Positions 13,728-23,557 of a stretch of DNA of 64,000 bases are shown here, piece by piece; within the stretch, counting starts at the first letter, position 1, and each line of letters starts with the position of its first letter. Made by a program: the position numbers and the translations under genes. The notes beneath the pieces are model-generated. The model searched no databases, had not been told where the DNA came from, and was given only the letters and a program-made list of their open reading frames with translations. The DNA is taken from positions 5,381 to 69,380 of the forward strand of contig QHUZ01000040.1 in the NCBI GenBank assembly GCA_003223395.1. The letters are read 5' to 3'. The DNA is from Gemmatimonadota bacterium. GTDB lineage: Bacteria; Gemmatimonadota; Gemmatimonadetes; Gemmatimonadales; GWC2-71-9.

Positions 13728-15046
13728 GAGCGCCGCCGGCTGGTCGTGTCGCCTGATTCGCGGCTCGGACGCACGCGTGCCCCTTCCTTCAGATCGCGGA
13801 TCGCTTGATACGGTCCCGCGACGATCGTGTCGCCCTGATGCACGCCGTCCACGACCTCGAAATGCTCCTCACCCGCGATTCCCACTTTCACCGGGTGGAA
13901 GGTCGCGACCCCGTTGTGCACGAGGAACACGCCTTCCGTTTCCTTCTTGTTTGCTCCGCCCTTGTGGCTCGTATCGCTCCGCGTGGGCGTGGCCGCTTCC
14001 GCGGTGTTCCCGCCGCGCGCCGGCCGTTGCTCGGTGGACACGGGGGTGTTCTCGCGCACGGTCAGCGCGATAATCGGAATGGCCAGCGCCTGCTTGCGCG
14101 TGTCGGTGACGATGCGGGCGGTGGCCGACAAGTCGGGGCGCACTTCCGTCGGCGGATTGGACAGCGTGATCTCGACTTCATAATCGACCGCGCGGTCGCT
14201 CTGCGCGCCGCCGACCGCCGAGGCGGCCGTCAGGATTGCGCTGTTGGAGACCTTCGTGACCCGGCCCACGAACGTCGTGTCGGGGAACGCGTCGATCGTG
14301 ACCTCGACCGAATCGCCCAGATGCAGCCGCACGACGTCCGTCTCGTCCACCTGCACCTTGGTCTGGATGACCGAGAGGTCCGAGATCGTGAGCAGCAAAC
14401 CGGTCTCGCGCGAGAACGTGCCCGGCACCGCGACCTCGCCCTCTTCGACGGCCAGTCGCGTGACCCGCCCCGCCATCGGCGCGACCAGGTGTGTCTTGGC
14501 GAGTTGATCGCGTGCTTCCTGGTAGCCCGCGCGCGCCTGCTCGACCAGGTGCGTCGCCGCCGTCTGGTTTGCCTCGGCGATGTCGAACGCCGTCTGCGCC
14601 TGCTCGAGTTGTTCCTGCGAGATGAGATTCGGGTTCTGCTCGCGCAGCTCCTTGGTGCGCGCGAGCGCGCGCTGCGCCTGATCGCGCGAGGCCCGCGCCT
14701 GCACAGCGCCGGCCTGAGCCGACGACATTCCCGCGTTGGCACGCTGCAGATTCGCCTCGTAGATCGTGGGATCGATCTGGAGCAGGAATTGCCCCTTCTG
14801 GACCAGGTCGCCTTCGCGCACCGCGATCCGCGTGATGCGGCCGGTGATGTCGGCGCTGATGTCCACTTTCTTCTTGGGCTGAATCTTCCCGCTGGCGGTG
14901 ACGGCGGCGACGAGGTCGCGGCGTCCGACCTGCTCGAACCGCACCTCGATCCCCTTCTCCCGTTTGGCACTGGCACTCACCATCACCAGGACGATCAGGA
15001 GAACGGCCCCTCCACCTCCCAACAGCACCTTGTTCCGCTTAGACAT
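13724..15046 (-). CDS. Periplasmic adaptor (membrane fusion protein, MacA/HlyD family)
   Basis: 440 aa. N-terminal anchor [19 protein letters not shown], a lipoyl-like segment, and a long coiled-coil ([16 protein letters not shown]...[15 protein letters not shown]). The stop forms an ATGA overlap with the ATPase start. Confidence 0.85.
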
Positions 15047-15065
15047 GGCGGCTCGATCCTCTCGG

Positions 15066-16565
15066 TTAACGCAAGCTGCGGCCGACGGCTGCTTCCAATG
15101 CCGCCAGGGCCTTGTGATAGTCGTACGTCGCGTTCACTGCATCGCTTTCGGCACGGAGCGAGGCGACCTGCGCGTCCAGCAGCTCGAAGAACGTCCCCGA
15201 CCCGACGCGGTAGCGCTCGGTGGCCAGCTGGAGCTGCTCGCGCGCGGCGCTGCGATTCGTATCCTGCAAACCGACGGTCCGGAACGCGGTTTGGAGCGTC
15301 AAAAATGCCTGGCTCACTTCCGTCTGCACCGCGAGGCCGCGCGCCCGCACCGACTCCTCGAGGTTACCGTGCTGTGCACGTGCAGTTGAGACACTCAGCT
15401 CGCGCGCAAAGTTGTTAAAGATCGGCAACGTCACCGTCAAACGGGCCTGGAACGGCTGCCGGGTGAAATTGAACGGGAACACGGAATTCCGGCTCCGCAG
15501 CGCCTGCTCGTCGGACGCGCCCCAGATGAAGCCGCTACAATCGTTCGGGGGCAGTCCCGCGTTCTGACGGATCGTGTTGTTGTCCTGGCATTCCGAGTAC
15601 TGGCCTGCGAAGGCGGCCTGCTGACTGAAAATGATCGGATCGACGTTGGTGAACTGCTGCGTGAAGCCCGACCAGCCCGCCGACAGCGACAGTGCCGGTC
15701 CGTAGCTGGACGTCGCGGCCCGCACGCTCCACGCGGCTGCACCCTCGCGCGCACGCAACGCCTTGAGCGCCGGGTTCTGTTGCTCCGCCATCGTGAGGAG
15801 ATCGGCGAGCTGCCACTCCGGCGTCTGCACGCTGAACGAGTCGGTGAGCTGCACCGCCGCCACGTCGAGCGGTGGCGTCACACCCATCTGCTCGAACAGC
15901 CGCAGCTTTTCTACGTTGACGAGTGTTTGGGCGCGCAGCAGGCCCACTTCCGCCTGCCCGCGTGCGACTTGCGCCTGGCGGACGTCGATCAGCGTCGCTT
16001 GGCCGACGCCGTAGCGTGCCTGCGCGAGCTTCAGGAACTCTTCGTTGCGCTGGAGCGTCTTCTGCGCCAGGTCAGCCTGCGCGCGCGCCTGCAGCACCGT
16101 CAGGTACTGCTGCTTGATGCCGGTGATGAGCGCGTTCTCGGCGCCGGCGACGTCGGCATCGGCGGCGCGCTGCTGGGCTTTGGCCAGTCCCGGTTGGGAT
16201 AGCGTGCTGCCCGACAGCTGCCACGACAGTCCCACATCATAGAATGAAGAGACGGTAGAGACGCTCTGCGTGAAGCTCGACGACAAGAACGTCTGCGAGC
16301 CGGGGCCTGTGTAGCTCATCCCCCCCGACGCGATGATCGACGGGATCAACAGGCTGGAGTACGCGCCCCGCACGCCCCAGGCCGCCGGGGCTAGGTTGTT
16401 CTGGGCCTGCCGGAACGCGGGGTTCTTTTCGCGCGCGACGGCGATGGCGTCGCTGAGCGACAGACCCGCCGTCGTCACCGGCTTCGTGGGAGTTGTGGGC
16501 TGCTGCGCAACTGCGACGGCGGCGGGGCCTAACAGCAGGCCTGCCACGAGCAACACCTGTTTCAT
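15066..16565 (-). CDS. TolC-family outer membrane efflux protein
   Basis: 499 aa. Signal peptide MKQVLLVAGLLLGPAAVAVAQQ. Internally repeated coiled-coil/beta layout with typical TolC N-terminal (LSLSDAIAVAREKNPAFRQA) and second-repeat (LLTMAEQQNPALKAL) motifs. Confidence 0.85.
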   Translation of the reverse strand: MKQVLLVAGLLLGPAAVAVAQQPTTPTKPVTTAGLSLSDAIAVAREKNPAFRQAQNNLAPAAWGVRGAYSSLLIPSIIASGGMSYTGPGSQTFLSSSFTQSVSTVSSFYDVGLSWQLSGSTLSQPGLAKAQQRAADADVAGAENALITGIKQQYLTVLQARAQADLAQKTLQRNEEFLKLAQARYGVGQATLIDVRQAQVARGQAEVGLLRAQTLVNVEKLRLFEQMGVTPPLDVAAVQLTDSFSVQTPEWQLADLLTMAEQQNPALKALRAREGAAAWSVRAATSSYGPALSLSAGWSGFTQQFTNVDPIIFSQQAAFAGQYSECQDNNTIRQNAGLPPNDCSGFIWGASDEQALRSRNSVFPFNFTRQPFQARLTVTLPIFNNFARELSVSTARAQHGNLEESVRARGLAVQTEVSQAFLTLQTAFRTVGLQDTNRSAAREQLQLATERYRVGSGTFFELLDAQVASLRAESDAVNATYDYHKALAALEAAVGRSLR

Positions 16566-16674
16566 GGTCGTCCTTGAAAAGATATGTCGTGAGGTCGAAG
16601 CGCCCTACGCGCGAGTAGCGACAGCGGTTTCGGCCTGCGACAACAACCTAGTCGGGAGGCCAAGCACAGCAAGG

Positions 16675-17349
16675 TCAGCTGCCGGCGAGGCGCTCGACGA
16701 CGAGGTGTCGGGAGGGGATGTCGACCTTCATGAGACGCCCAGCTTCATCCAGCCAGAGATTGACCGTACCCTGACCCTCCGTGCCCACCACGATGTGCCG
16801 CAGGCGGGCGGGGTCTCGGTTGAGGGTCGTGGACGTCATTCCCAGGTCGTGGATCTGGACGACATCACGCCGCAGGCCCCGCGGGAAAATGGCTGTCAAC
16901 GTGCCAGGCTCGGACGCGCCACGCCATGCCGCGAAGACGTAAAGTGCAAACACCGAATCGTCGAGCACCGCCGTTCGCTGCCCGGTCGGGAATTCCCGGG
17001 CGCGCTCGGTGGCGCGCGCGACGAGCCGCACGGTGAACCGTCCCCGGCCCAGCTCGCCGAGAATGCGCGAGGGTTGACGGGGATCGGCGACGTCGTACTG
17101 CAGCGTGGCAGGCATCGTGTCGCTGTTCACTTCGAGGATGGGCGCGAGGACCACCACCGGCCGCGCGCGATCGTAGCGGATCGTCGTAGCCAGTGTCCAA
17201 CCGGCATCGCCGCGCGACAATCGCCCGTGCGTCAAACGGAACGACTCGCGCGCAACCTCGAGTGTATCGATGCGCACGACGAGGACGCCCTCGTCCACGG
17301 GCGATCCTGCGACTTGCAGCAGCGTAAGGGCGAGCAGACATGCGCTCAT
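16675..17349 (-). CDS. Hypothetical secreted protein
   Basis: 224 aa with a short hydrophobic N-terminus (MSACLLALTLLQVAG). It overlaps the upstream creatininase stop by 4 nt. No family recognised. Confidence 0.45.
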   Translation of the reverse strand: MSACLLALTLLQVAGSPVDEGVLVVRIDTLEVARESFRLTHGRLSRGDAGWTLATTIRYDRARPVVVLAPILEVNSDTMPATLQYDVADPRQPSRILGELGRGRFTVRLVARATERAREFPTGQRTAVLDDSVFALYVFAAWRGASEPGTLTAIFPRGLRRDVVQIHDLGMTSTTLNRDPARLRHIVVGTEGQGTVNLWLDEAGRLMKVDIPSRHLVVERLAGS

Positions 17350-18065
17350 GCGGCTACCGCTCCCAAAACTCGCGTCGCGATGCGGTCATGAATCATCTTA
17401 TACAGGCGTGCCCCCTTTTCGGCTGAGGCGAGGCTCGGCCGCCCCACGGAACCAGGGGACAGGGCGGGGACGGAACCGGCGGCCTGCCGCCGGTACCGCT
17501 CCACCTGCCGGTCGCTCAGGAGATAGTCCTGCGCGAGATCCATGCGGACCAGCTCGGGTGCCAGGTGGAGCATGAGCGACGTATCGAGCTCGCCACCGTG
17601 GGTGGGGCCGGCGGGGTCTTCGAGATAACCGGTGAAGTCGAGCGCAAAGATGTCCACGGTGAATACCCGTGCCCGCCGGGTGCGGAGCGTCGAAAGGGCC
17701 TCCTGGTGCGGGTCGTGCCCGTGGGCGGTAAGAATAATGAAGGTGTCCACACCGCACTGCTCCCAGGAGCCAAGCAGATCGTTCATCCAGCGGTGCAACG
17801 TCTTGCGGCGCACCGCGGCGTTCCCGGGGTAGGGTCGCTTCGTAGCGGTGTTCACGCCGTACGGGACCGTAGGCGCCCGCAGGATGCCAAAACCGGCCGA
17901 AAGGTCATCGGCCAGGCGCTCGACGATTATCGTATCACAGCCCAGCGGGAGATGGGGTCCGTGTTGTTCGCAGGTGCCGACGGGCACCAACAATCGTGAG
18001 TCGCGCGCGAGGGCGGCGCGCACCGCGTCGGGGGTGAGAACACTCAGGTGCAGCGGCAAACTCAC
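17346..18065 (-). CDS. Creatininase-family amidohydrolase
   Basis: Track ORF 17346..18203. Motifs: PVGTCEQHGPHLPLG, LTAHGHD, HGGELDTS. The Arg/Gly-rich N-terminal extension looks non-coding, so I prefer GTG 18065 (VSLPLHLSVLTPDAV) or TTG 18059. Confidence 0.75.
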   Translation of the reverse strand: MSLPLHLSVLTPDAVRAALARDSRLLVPVGTCEQHGPHLPLGCDTIIVERLADDLSAGFGILRAPTVPYGVNTATKRPYPGNAAVRRKTLHRWMNDLLGSWEQCGVDTFIILTAHGHDPHQEALSTLRTRRARVFTVDIFALDFTGYLEDPAGPTHGGELDTSLMLHLAPELVRMDLAQDYLLSDRQVERYRRQAAGSVPALSPGSVGRPSLASAEKGARLYKMIHDRIATRVLGAVAA

Positions 18066-21000
18066 GTCGTAATCGCCGGCTGCTTCGTGGGTCTGGCGAC
18101 GGCCGAGTGGCTCCGCGGCGACGCGGCCGTGTGGGCCGCCCTCGCCGCCGGGGCGAGCCTCGTTGCAGTCGTGCTCGCCGTGCGGCTGCCGGCTCCGCGG
18201 CACAAGATCACCATGGCCGCCGCGCTCGCCAGCTTGCTGCTCGGCGTGATCCTTGGCAGCGGCGCGCTGAAAGTGTGGCGCATCGAGTGTTGCTGGCCGG
18301 CGTTGCGGGAGCAGCGTGTGACCGGGGCGTCGCGGTCATTGCAGACCGCGCTCGGCCAGGCGACAGCCGAAGCGCGCCGCCTCGCGGAACGCGGGGCGAT
18401 GGCCGCCACACTGCCGCGCGAGGCGGTGTTCGATCGACTCGCCGGCGCGGTGACATCTGGTCCCGAATTCGAGCGCGGCAGCGCCGTGCTCCAGGATGGC
18501 GAAGCACCAACCTTCGTCGCTTGGGCGGGACGCCACCGCACGATTCCCGCGGCTCCGGACACGACCGAGCTGCAAGCGGTCATGACTCCATTCTACGCGG
18601 TGCTCGAGGCGCGGCGCCAGACACAGACGGCAACGTCGGTAGGCAGCGTACTCTTGTCGGCGACACGGGCGATCGCCGACGGCGATCACAGCCTCGCCGC
18701 CCGGTTTGCGCGCGAGTATGGCGTGTCGCTGCGCTTGTTCCCCGCAGGCCAGGGGCCGCGTGACTCGAGCGTCTTCGAGATTTGCAATCCACGCACGCCG
18801 CCGAACAAGCCGTGCGCGCCCGGCGACACGCTCTTCTCCGTTCAAACGATTCCGCCATCGCAAGGAGACGCGAAACTCGCGGCACTTGCGAATACCGCAT
18901 GGCTCGCCCGACTCGGGCTGGCCCTCCTGCTCGTGACCCTGCTGGCGGCCGCGGCACCCGGTCGCTGGCGCTGGGGCGTGGTCGTGGTGGCGGGCTGGGT
19001 CCTGCTGCGCGCGCCCGTCGGGCCACGGTTGCTGTTCTCACCGGCGACGTTCTATCGGCCCGTTGTTGGCGTCTTCGGCACGTCCGCTGGCTCGCTCCTC
19101 GTTGCGGGTGTGGTCGTGCTTATCGCCGCCGGTGGGTTGTGGCGGCGCGGCGTAAAGCGAACGTGGTGGGGGATGGCCGCCGCCACCTTCCTGATCCTCG
19201 CGGCACCATACGTCGTGCGCCACTTCGGCCGCGGCATCGCGCCGCCGGCGAGCGGCGTCAACCTCGAGCTGTTTGTCTCGTGGCAGGCGGCGCTCGCCGT
19301 GACGGCGATGGCGTTCATTCTGCTCGCGGCCGCGCTGGTGCGCGGCACGAACGAACCCGAGCGTGTCTCGTGGGCGCTGCCCGCCGCGTGCGCCTGGGCT
19401 GGGCTGGCGGCCATTGGCGGCCTGTGGCTCTGGAGCCCGCACGGCGCGTGGCCCGAGTGGTACACGTTCCTCTGGCTTCCCGCGCTCGTCTGGTCGACCC
19501 TCCCCGCGCCGCGACGTTGGGCACTGATCGGCATGGCGGTCGTCGCCGGCACAGCGGCCGCGCTAATCGCGTGGGGCGCTGCCGTCGAGGGGCGTTTGTC
19601 GCTCGCCACCCGCGATGCGCAGCGGCTGGGTCACGAGGGCGACGCCGTCGCGGTCGCGTTGCTCGAGCGTCTCAGCCAGCACCTGATCACCTCCTCACAA
19701 CCGCCGCCGCAGACCGCGGGCGATCTGTACGCGTTGTGGGTCGACTCGCCGCTCGTCGCCGAGGATTATCCCGCGATGCTCGAACTCTGGGGCGCGGGGC
19801 CGGAGGGACCGCTCCTTGCGGAGCTGCAGCTCGCGCAACTCGACCTCAAGCCCGGTCTGCTGTCTGCGCTCGCCCGCTCGGCGGTGGACGGTCCGTGCAT
19901 CGAACGGCTGGAGGCCATCCCGGGCGTTCACTACGTTCTTGTCGCGCCGCTCGCCAACGGCACGGTGCTCACGGTAGGTGTCGGCCCACGCACACGATTG
20001 CTCCCACCCAATCGCGTGGCGCGCTTTCTCCGGGGCGATCCCGGTGTGGAACCCCCGTACACGATCACGCTGTCGCTGCCGAGTCATGCGATGGGCATGG
20101 GCGGGTCGGTCGAGTGGCGACGTGAGGAATGGTCGGTCCGCGGCGAACGGCACGTCGATTTGCCCGGAGGCGCCCGTCACGTGCACCTCCGCGTCGCACT
20201 CGGCGGTCCATGGTCACTCCTGGTTCGCGGCATTCTCATCGTGGGCTTCGACGTGGCGCTCCTGGCTGGCGTGTGGCTGTTCGGACTCATCATCGCCGAA
20301 GGCTGGCGGGCACGCCTGCCGGCGCTGCTCACGACGCTGCGCACGAGCTATCGGGCGCAGCTCACGTCTGTGCTCATCACATTTTTCGTCTTGCCAGTTC
20401 TTGGATTTGCGGCCTGGAGCTTTACCGACCTGGCCGAGGATGCTCGTCGCTCCGGCGATCTGCTCATTCGCCAGACGCTCCGCGACGCCGCCGCCGGCGC
20501 CGAAACCGTGGCCCAAGATCCGCCTGAGATGATCGCTCGCTCCCTCGTCGAGTTGGGCCGCCGGCTCGACGCCGAATTGTGGCTGTATCGCCGTGGCGTA
20601 CTCGTTGCCACGAGCTCGCCCGTGCTGGGGGAGCTCGGTTTGGTCGATCCATTTCTCGCTCCCCAGGTCTTCCGGGGCACGCTCGAGGATGAGCTCGAGA
20701 CGACCATCGACGCGCGCACTGGCGGCCGGCCGACCCGCGTCGGCTTTCTCGTCGTTGCGCCGGGTCCCACCGGTGAGCAGGGAGTGCTGGCAGTGCCGCA
20801 GCTGTTGGACGACGAGCGCATTCGGGAGCAGCGGGAGGATCTCACCTTTGGCATCCTGCTGGCGATGCTCGTCGGGTTGGTGGCCGCGATCTACCTTGCC
20901 GGCCTCGCGGCGCGCCGGCTCGCGAAACCGGTCGCCGCGCTGCGCGAAGCGGCCATAGCCGTGGGGCGGGGCAGTGAGCCGCCGGCCTTCCCACCGGGCA

Positions 21001-22094
21001 CGCCACGGGAATTCGAGCCGGTCCTCAGCGCCTTCGATCGGATGGCGACCGACGTGCGCCGCAGCCAGGCGGCGCTGGAAGAAGCGCGGCTCCGCACCGC
21101 ACGCGTGCTCGCCAACGTCGCCACCGGCGTGATCGCGGTCGACGATGCGCTGCGCGTCACCATGGCCAACCCGCGCGCGTCCGAGCTGGTGTTGGGAGGG
21201 ACCGAGACGCTGGCGCCCGGCAATGTTCTCCCGCAAACGACGGCCCCGGGGTGGGCGTCGGTCTGGCAGGCGGTCGCGGAGTTCATCGCTCAGAATCGCG
21301 ACGTGATCCAGGAGCGCGAATTCGATGTCGGCGGGCGGCAGATTCGCGTGCAGCTGGCGCTGCTGGGCGCCGCGCCCGACGGCTGCGTCATTGCGCTCGA
21401 CGATGCGACGGCGCTGACCCGTGCGGCGCGTGTGCTCGCGTGGGGCGAAATGGCACGCCAGGTCGCGCACGAAATCAAGAATCCCCTCACCCCGATTAGA
21501 CTCGGCATCCAGCATCTGCAGCGGGTGCGAGGGAAGGGTCAGTCCACGACGTTCGAGGCGACGCTCAAGGAAACGTCGGAGCGCATTCTGGCGGAAATCG
21601 ACCGGCTGGACGGAATCGCGCGCGCGTTTTCGCGGTTCGGCGCGCCGTCGGACGCCGAGCAGCTGCCGCTGGAGCCGGTGGATCTCGCGGCGACGGCCCG
21701 CGAAGTCGTGCGGCTCTACGATCTCGGCGCGGCGCCGCGGTTCGAGGTGCAGACGAGCAACGGGGCGCCCCCACCTGCGCTCGCGCGCAAGGACGAGGTC
21801 AAAGAAGTGCTCGTGAACCTGCTGGAGAACGCGCGGAACGCCGATGCGAAGCGGGTGACCGTCCAGATCGCAGCGAGCGGCCGCCAACTGGTCGTCGTCG
21901 ACGATGGCCGCGGGATTCCGGCGGAGGTCCTGCCGCGGGTCTTCGAGCCGACGTTTTCGACGACGTCGAGCGGCGCCGGACTCGGACTGGCGATCGCGCG
22001 CCGCCTGGTGGAGAGCTGGGGCGGGGTGATCACGCTCGAAAGCGGCCCCGGCAAAGGGACACGGGTCACTCTGACGCTCCAAACCGCATCGTGA
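18048..22094 (+). CDS. Large multi-pass sensor histidine kinase, NtrY-like (about 13 TM segments, HAMP, PAS, HisKA, HATPase)
   Basis: 1348 aa. HAMP after the last TM (RRLAKPVAALREAAIAVG), PAS (VLANVATGVIAVDD), H-box WGEMARQVAHEIKNPLTPI, N-box LVNLLENARNA, G1 VDDGRGIP, G2 GAGLGLAIA. Third-position GC is high from about 18066 onward, which supports the GTG 18048 start. The alternative start is ATG 18213. Confidence 0.85.
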   Translation: MQRQTHVVIAGCFVGLATAEWLRGDAAVWAALAAGASLVAVVLAVRLPAPRHKITMAAALASLLLGVILGSGALKVWRIECCWPALREQRVTGASRSLQTALGQATAEARRLAERGAMAATLPREAVFDRLAGAVTSGPEFERGSAVLQDGEAPTFVAWAGRHRTIPAAPDTTELQAVMTPFYAVLEARRQTQTATSVGSVLLSATRAIADGDHSLAARFAREYGVSLRLFPAGQGPRDSSVFEICNPRTPPNKPCAPGDTLFSVQTIPPSQGDAKLAALANTAWLARLGLALLLVTLLAAAAPGRWRWGVVVVAGWVLLRAPVGPRLLFSPATFYRPVVGVFGTSAGSLLVAGVVVLIAAGGLWRRGVKRTWWGMAAATFLILAAPYVVRHFGRGIAPPASGVNLELFVSWQAALAVTAMAFILLAAALVRGTNEPERVSWALPAACAWAGLAAIGGLWLWSPHGAWPEWYTFLWLPALVWSTLPAPRRWALIGMAVVAGTAAALIAWGAAVEGRLSLATRDAQRLGHEGDAVAVALLERLSQHLITSSQPPPQTAGDLYALWVDSPLVAEDYPAMLELWGAGPEGPLLAELQLAQLDLKPGLLSALARSAVDGPCIERLEAIPGVHYVLVAPLANGTVLTVGVGPRTRLLPPNRVARFLRGDPGVEPPYTITLSLPSHAMGMGGSVEWRREEWSVRGERHVDLPGGARHVHLRVALGGPWSLLVRGILIVGFDVALLAGVWLFGLIIAEGWRARLPALLTTLRTSYRAQLTSVLITFFVLPVLGFAAWSFTDLAEDARRSGDLLIRQTLRDAAAGAETVAQDPPEMIARSLVELGRRLDAELWLYRRGVLVATSSPVLGELGLVDPFLAPQVFRGTLEDELETTIDARTGGRPTRVGFLVVAPGPTGEQGVLAVPQLLDDERIREQREDLTFGILLAMLVGLVAAIYLAGLAARRLAKPVAALREAAIAVGRGSEPPAFPPGTPREFEPVLSAFDRMATDVRRSQAALEEARLRTARVLANVATGVIAVDDALRVTMANPRASELVLGGTETLAPGNVLPQTTAPGWASVWQAVAEFIAQNRDVIQEREFDVGGRQIRVQLALLGAAPDGCVIALDDATALTRAARVLAWGEMARQVAHEIKNPLTPIRLGIQHLQRVRGKGQSTTFEATLKETSERILAEIDRLDGIARAFSRFGAPSDAEQLPLEPVDLAATAREVVRLYDLGAAPRFEVQTSNGAPPPALARKDEVKEVLVNLLENARNADAKRVTVQIAASGRQLVVVDDGRGIPAEVLPRVFEPTFSTTSSGAGLGLAIARRLVESWGGVITLESGPGKGTRVTLTLQTAS

Positions 22095-22188
22095 AGCCGG
22101 TTTGGGTGACCTTCCTCACACCAAAGAATGGAAAAATTGGGCACAATGTGCAAAGTTGTGGCGGCCTTTCCAAGCCCCGAGGTGCTTT

Positions 22189-23547
22189 GTGCGAACTGGA
22201 GTCGTCGCTGTTGCACTTGTCCTGCTCGTGCTCGCTCCCCTGCGCACGGCCCGCGCGCAGTTTTCGTTCGACGCGCGGCGCTATGGCATGGGAGGGGTCT
22301 CGCTCAGCCGTGACGGCAACGCCCGTCGCTTCAATCCCGCATATCGCGCCCTGAAAACCAACAGTCGGACTTCGGGAACGCCGAAGTTCTCGATCCCGAT
22401 CCCGATCGGGCTGATCAAATTCTTCAAAGATCACCCGATCAATCAATTGAGCCACGATCCGATGTTCGATCCGCGATCCACGTCGTTCAATCCGTTCGCA
22501 CTGACCAATCTGATTTTCAATCCGCCCATCTTCTATGAAATCAAGAAGTCTCCCACTCCGACCAACAACGTCGAATTCACGATCGGCAAGAATCAACTGA
22601 TTGTGAACCTCGGCGGATCGCGCGTGCTGATTCCCGAACAGGACTTCGGACTCGGCAGCACCAGTCGGCTGTTTGATGCGGGCGCTGGATTCGGGGGCTT
22701 CCATTTCGGCGTCATGGGCTTCCTGCAGTACAACGTGTCATTCACGCTCGACAGCGCGCTGCGCCGTGCGCTAACGGACACGGTGACGGGGGTCCAGCCG
22801 GGAGACACGCTCTCGCTCTTGAGCGACGCTGTGGCACAGGCAGGGCTGGCTCCGACGGTCGGTTTCGCCGGACGCCTGACACATGGTGCCGATCCGGCGA
22901 CAGACGATGGCTTGTACCTCGGCGGCGCCGTGCATTACTACCTGGGAGCGACATACGGGCGCCTCACGGGTCCGGCGCAGATCCTGGTCGGCAATCCGAT
23001 CTTCGGGACCACGCCGGCGGCGGGCGTCAACGACACGCTGCGCACGTCCAACAAAGCCAATGGCCGGGGCGTCGGTGGTGACGTGGGCCTCGTGTGGGTC
23101 AGCGGTCCCTTCGAGGTGGGCCTCGGGGTGAACGACATCGGTGCGGAGCTAACGTGGTCGGATACGAAGCTGCAACACGTCACGTACAACACGGCGACCG
23201 GCAATCTCGTCACGACCCTCGACACGAATCACGTCGAGACGAAGACGAAGCTGCCCCTCACCTACATGGCCAACGCTGCATTGCGCATGGGCACCGGCAC
23301 GACCGTGGGCGGCGACGTTGTCAACTCGGGTCGCGGGACGATCATCCATGTGGGCGTGGAGCAGCGGACGGGCCCGTTCGCGCTTCGCGGCGGTGTGTCT
23401 CGCGATCAGCGCAAGAAAATGCAGTTCGGACTTGGCGGAGGTCTGCGACTCGGACCGATCGGCCTGGACGTCGGATTCTTCACGCACAGCAATTCACTCT
23501 CGACGCAACGGGCCATCACAATGGCCACGGCGATTTCGATCTATTAA
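22189..23547 (+). CDS. Hypothetical outer-membrane beta-barrel protein
   Basis: Track ORF 22102..23547. The preferred start is GTG 22189 (VRTGVVAVALVLLVLAPLRTARA-QF, signal peptide). Gly/aromatic-rich alternating strands and a C-terminal aromatic residue (ATAISIY). No family name recognised. Confidence 0.6.
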   Translation: MRTGVVAVALVLLVLAPLRTARAQFSFDARRYGMGGVSLSRDGNARRFNPAYRALKTNSRTSGTPKFSIPIPIGLIKFFKDHPINQLSHDPMFDPRSTSFNPFALTNLIFNPPIFYEIKKSPTPTNNVEFTIGKNQLIVNLGGSRVLIPEQDFGLGSTSRLFDAGAGFGGFHFGVMGFLQYNVSFTLDSALRRALTDTVTGVQPGDTLSLLSDAVAQAGLAPTVGFAGRLTHGADPATDDGLYLGGAVHYYLGATYGRLTGPAQILVGNPIFGTTPAAGVNDTLRTSNKANGRGVGGDVGLVWVSGPFEVGLGVNDIGAELTWSDTKLQHVTYNTATGNLVTTLDTNHVETKTKLPLTYMANAALRMGTGTTVGGDVVNSGRGTIIHVGVEQRTGPFALRGGVSRDQRKKMQFGLGGGLRLGPIGLDVGFFTHSNSLSTQRAITMATAISIY

Positions 23548-23557
23548 GGGGCGACAC

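Noticed and set aside
16333-17391. A 352-aa plus-strand ORF spanning the tolC start region, the hypothetical gene at 16675-17349 and the creatininase 3' end.
   Set aside because: It overlaps three minus-strand features and has no motifs and a poor coding signature.
18782-20125. A 447-aa plus-strand ORF in a second frame inside the histidine kinase gene.
   Set aside because: It has Arg/Gly/Ala-rich shadow-frame composition. The kinase frame carries coherent TM helices throughout this span.
22137-22155. A sigma-54-like promoter, TTGGGCACAATGTGCAAAG, upstream of the beta-barrel gene and just downstream of the NtrY-like kinase.
   Set aside because: The GG-to-GC spacing is 9 nt (or 8), not the canonical 10 nt of TGGCAC-N5-TTGC. 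It also reads as a simple GCACA-A-TGTGC palindrome. It is a possible operator, but the evidence is not enough to call a promoter.
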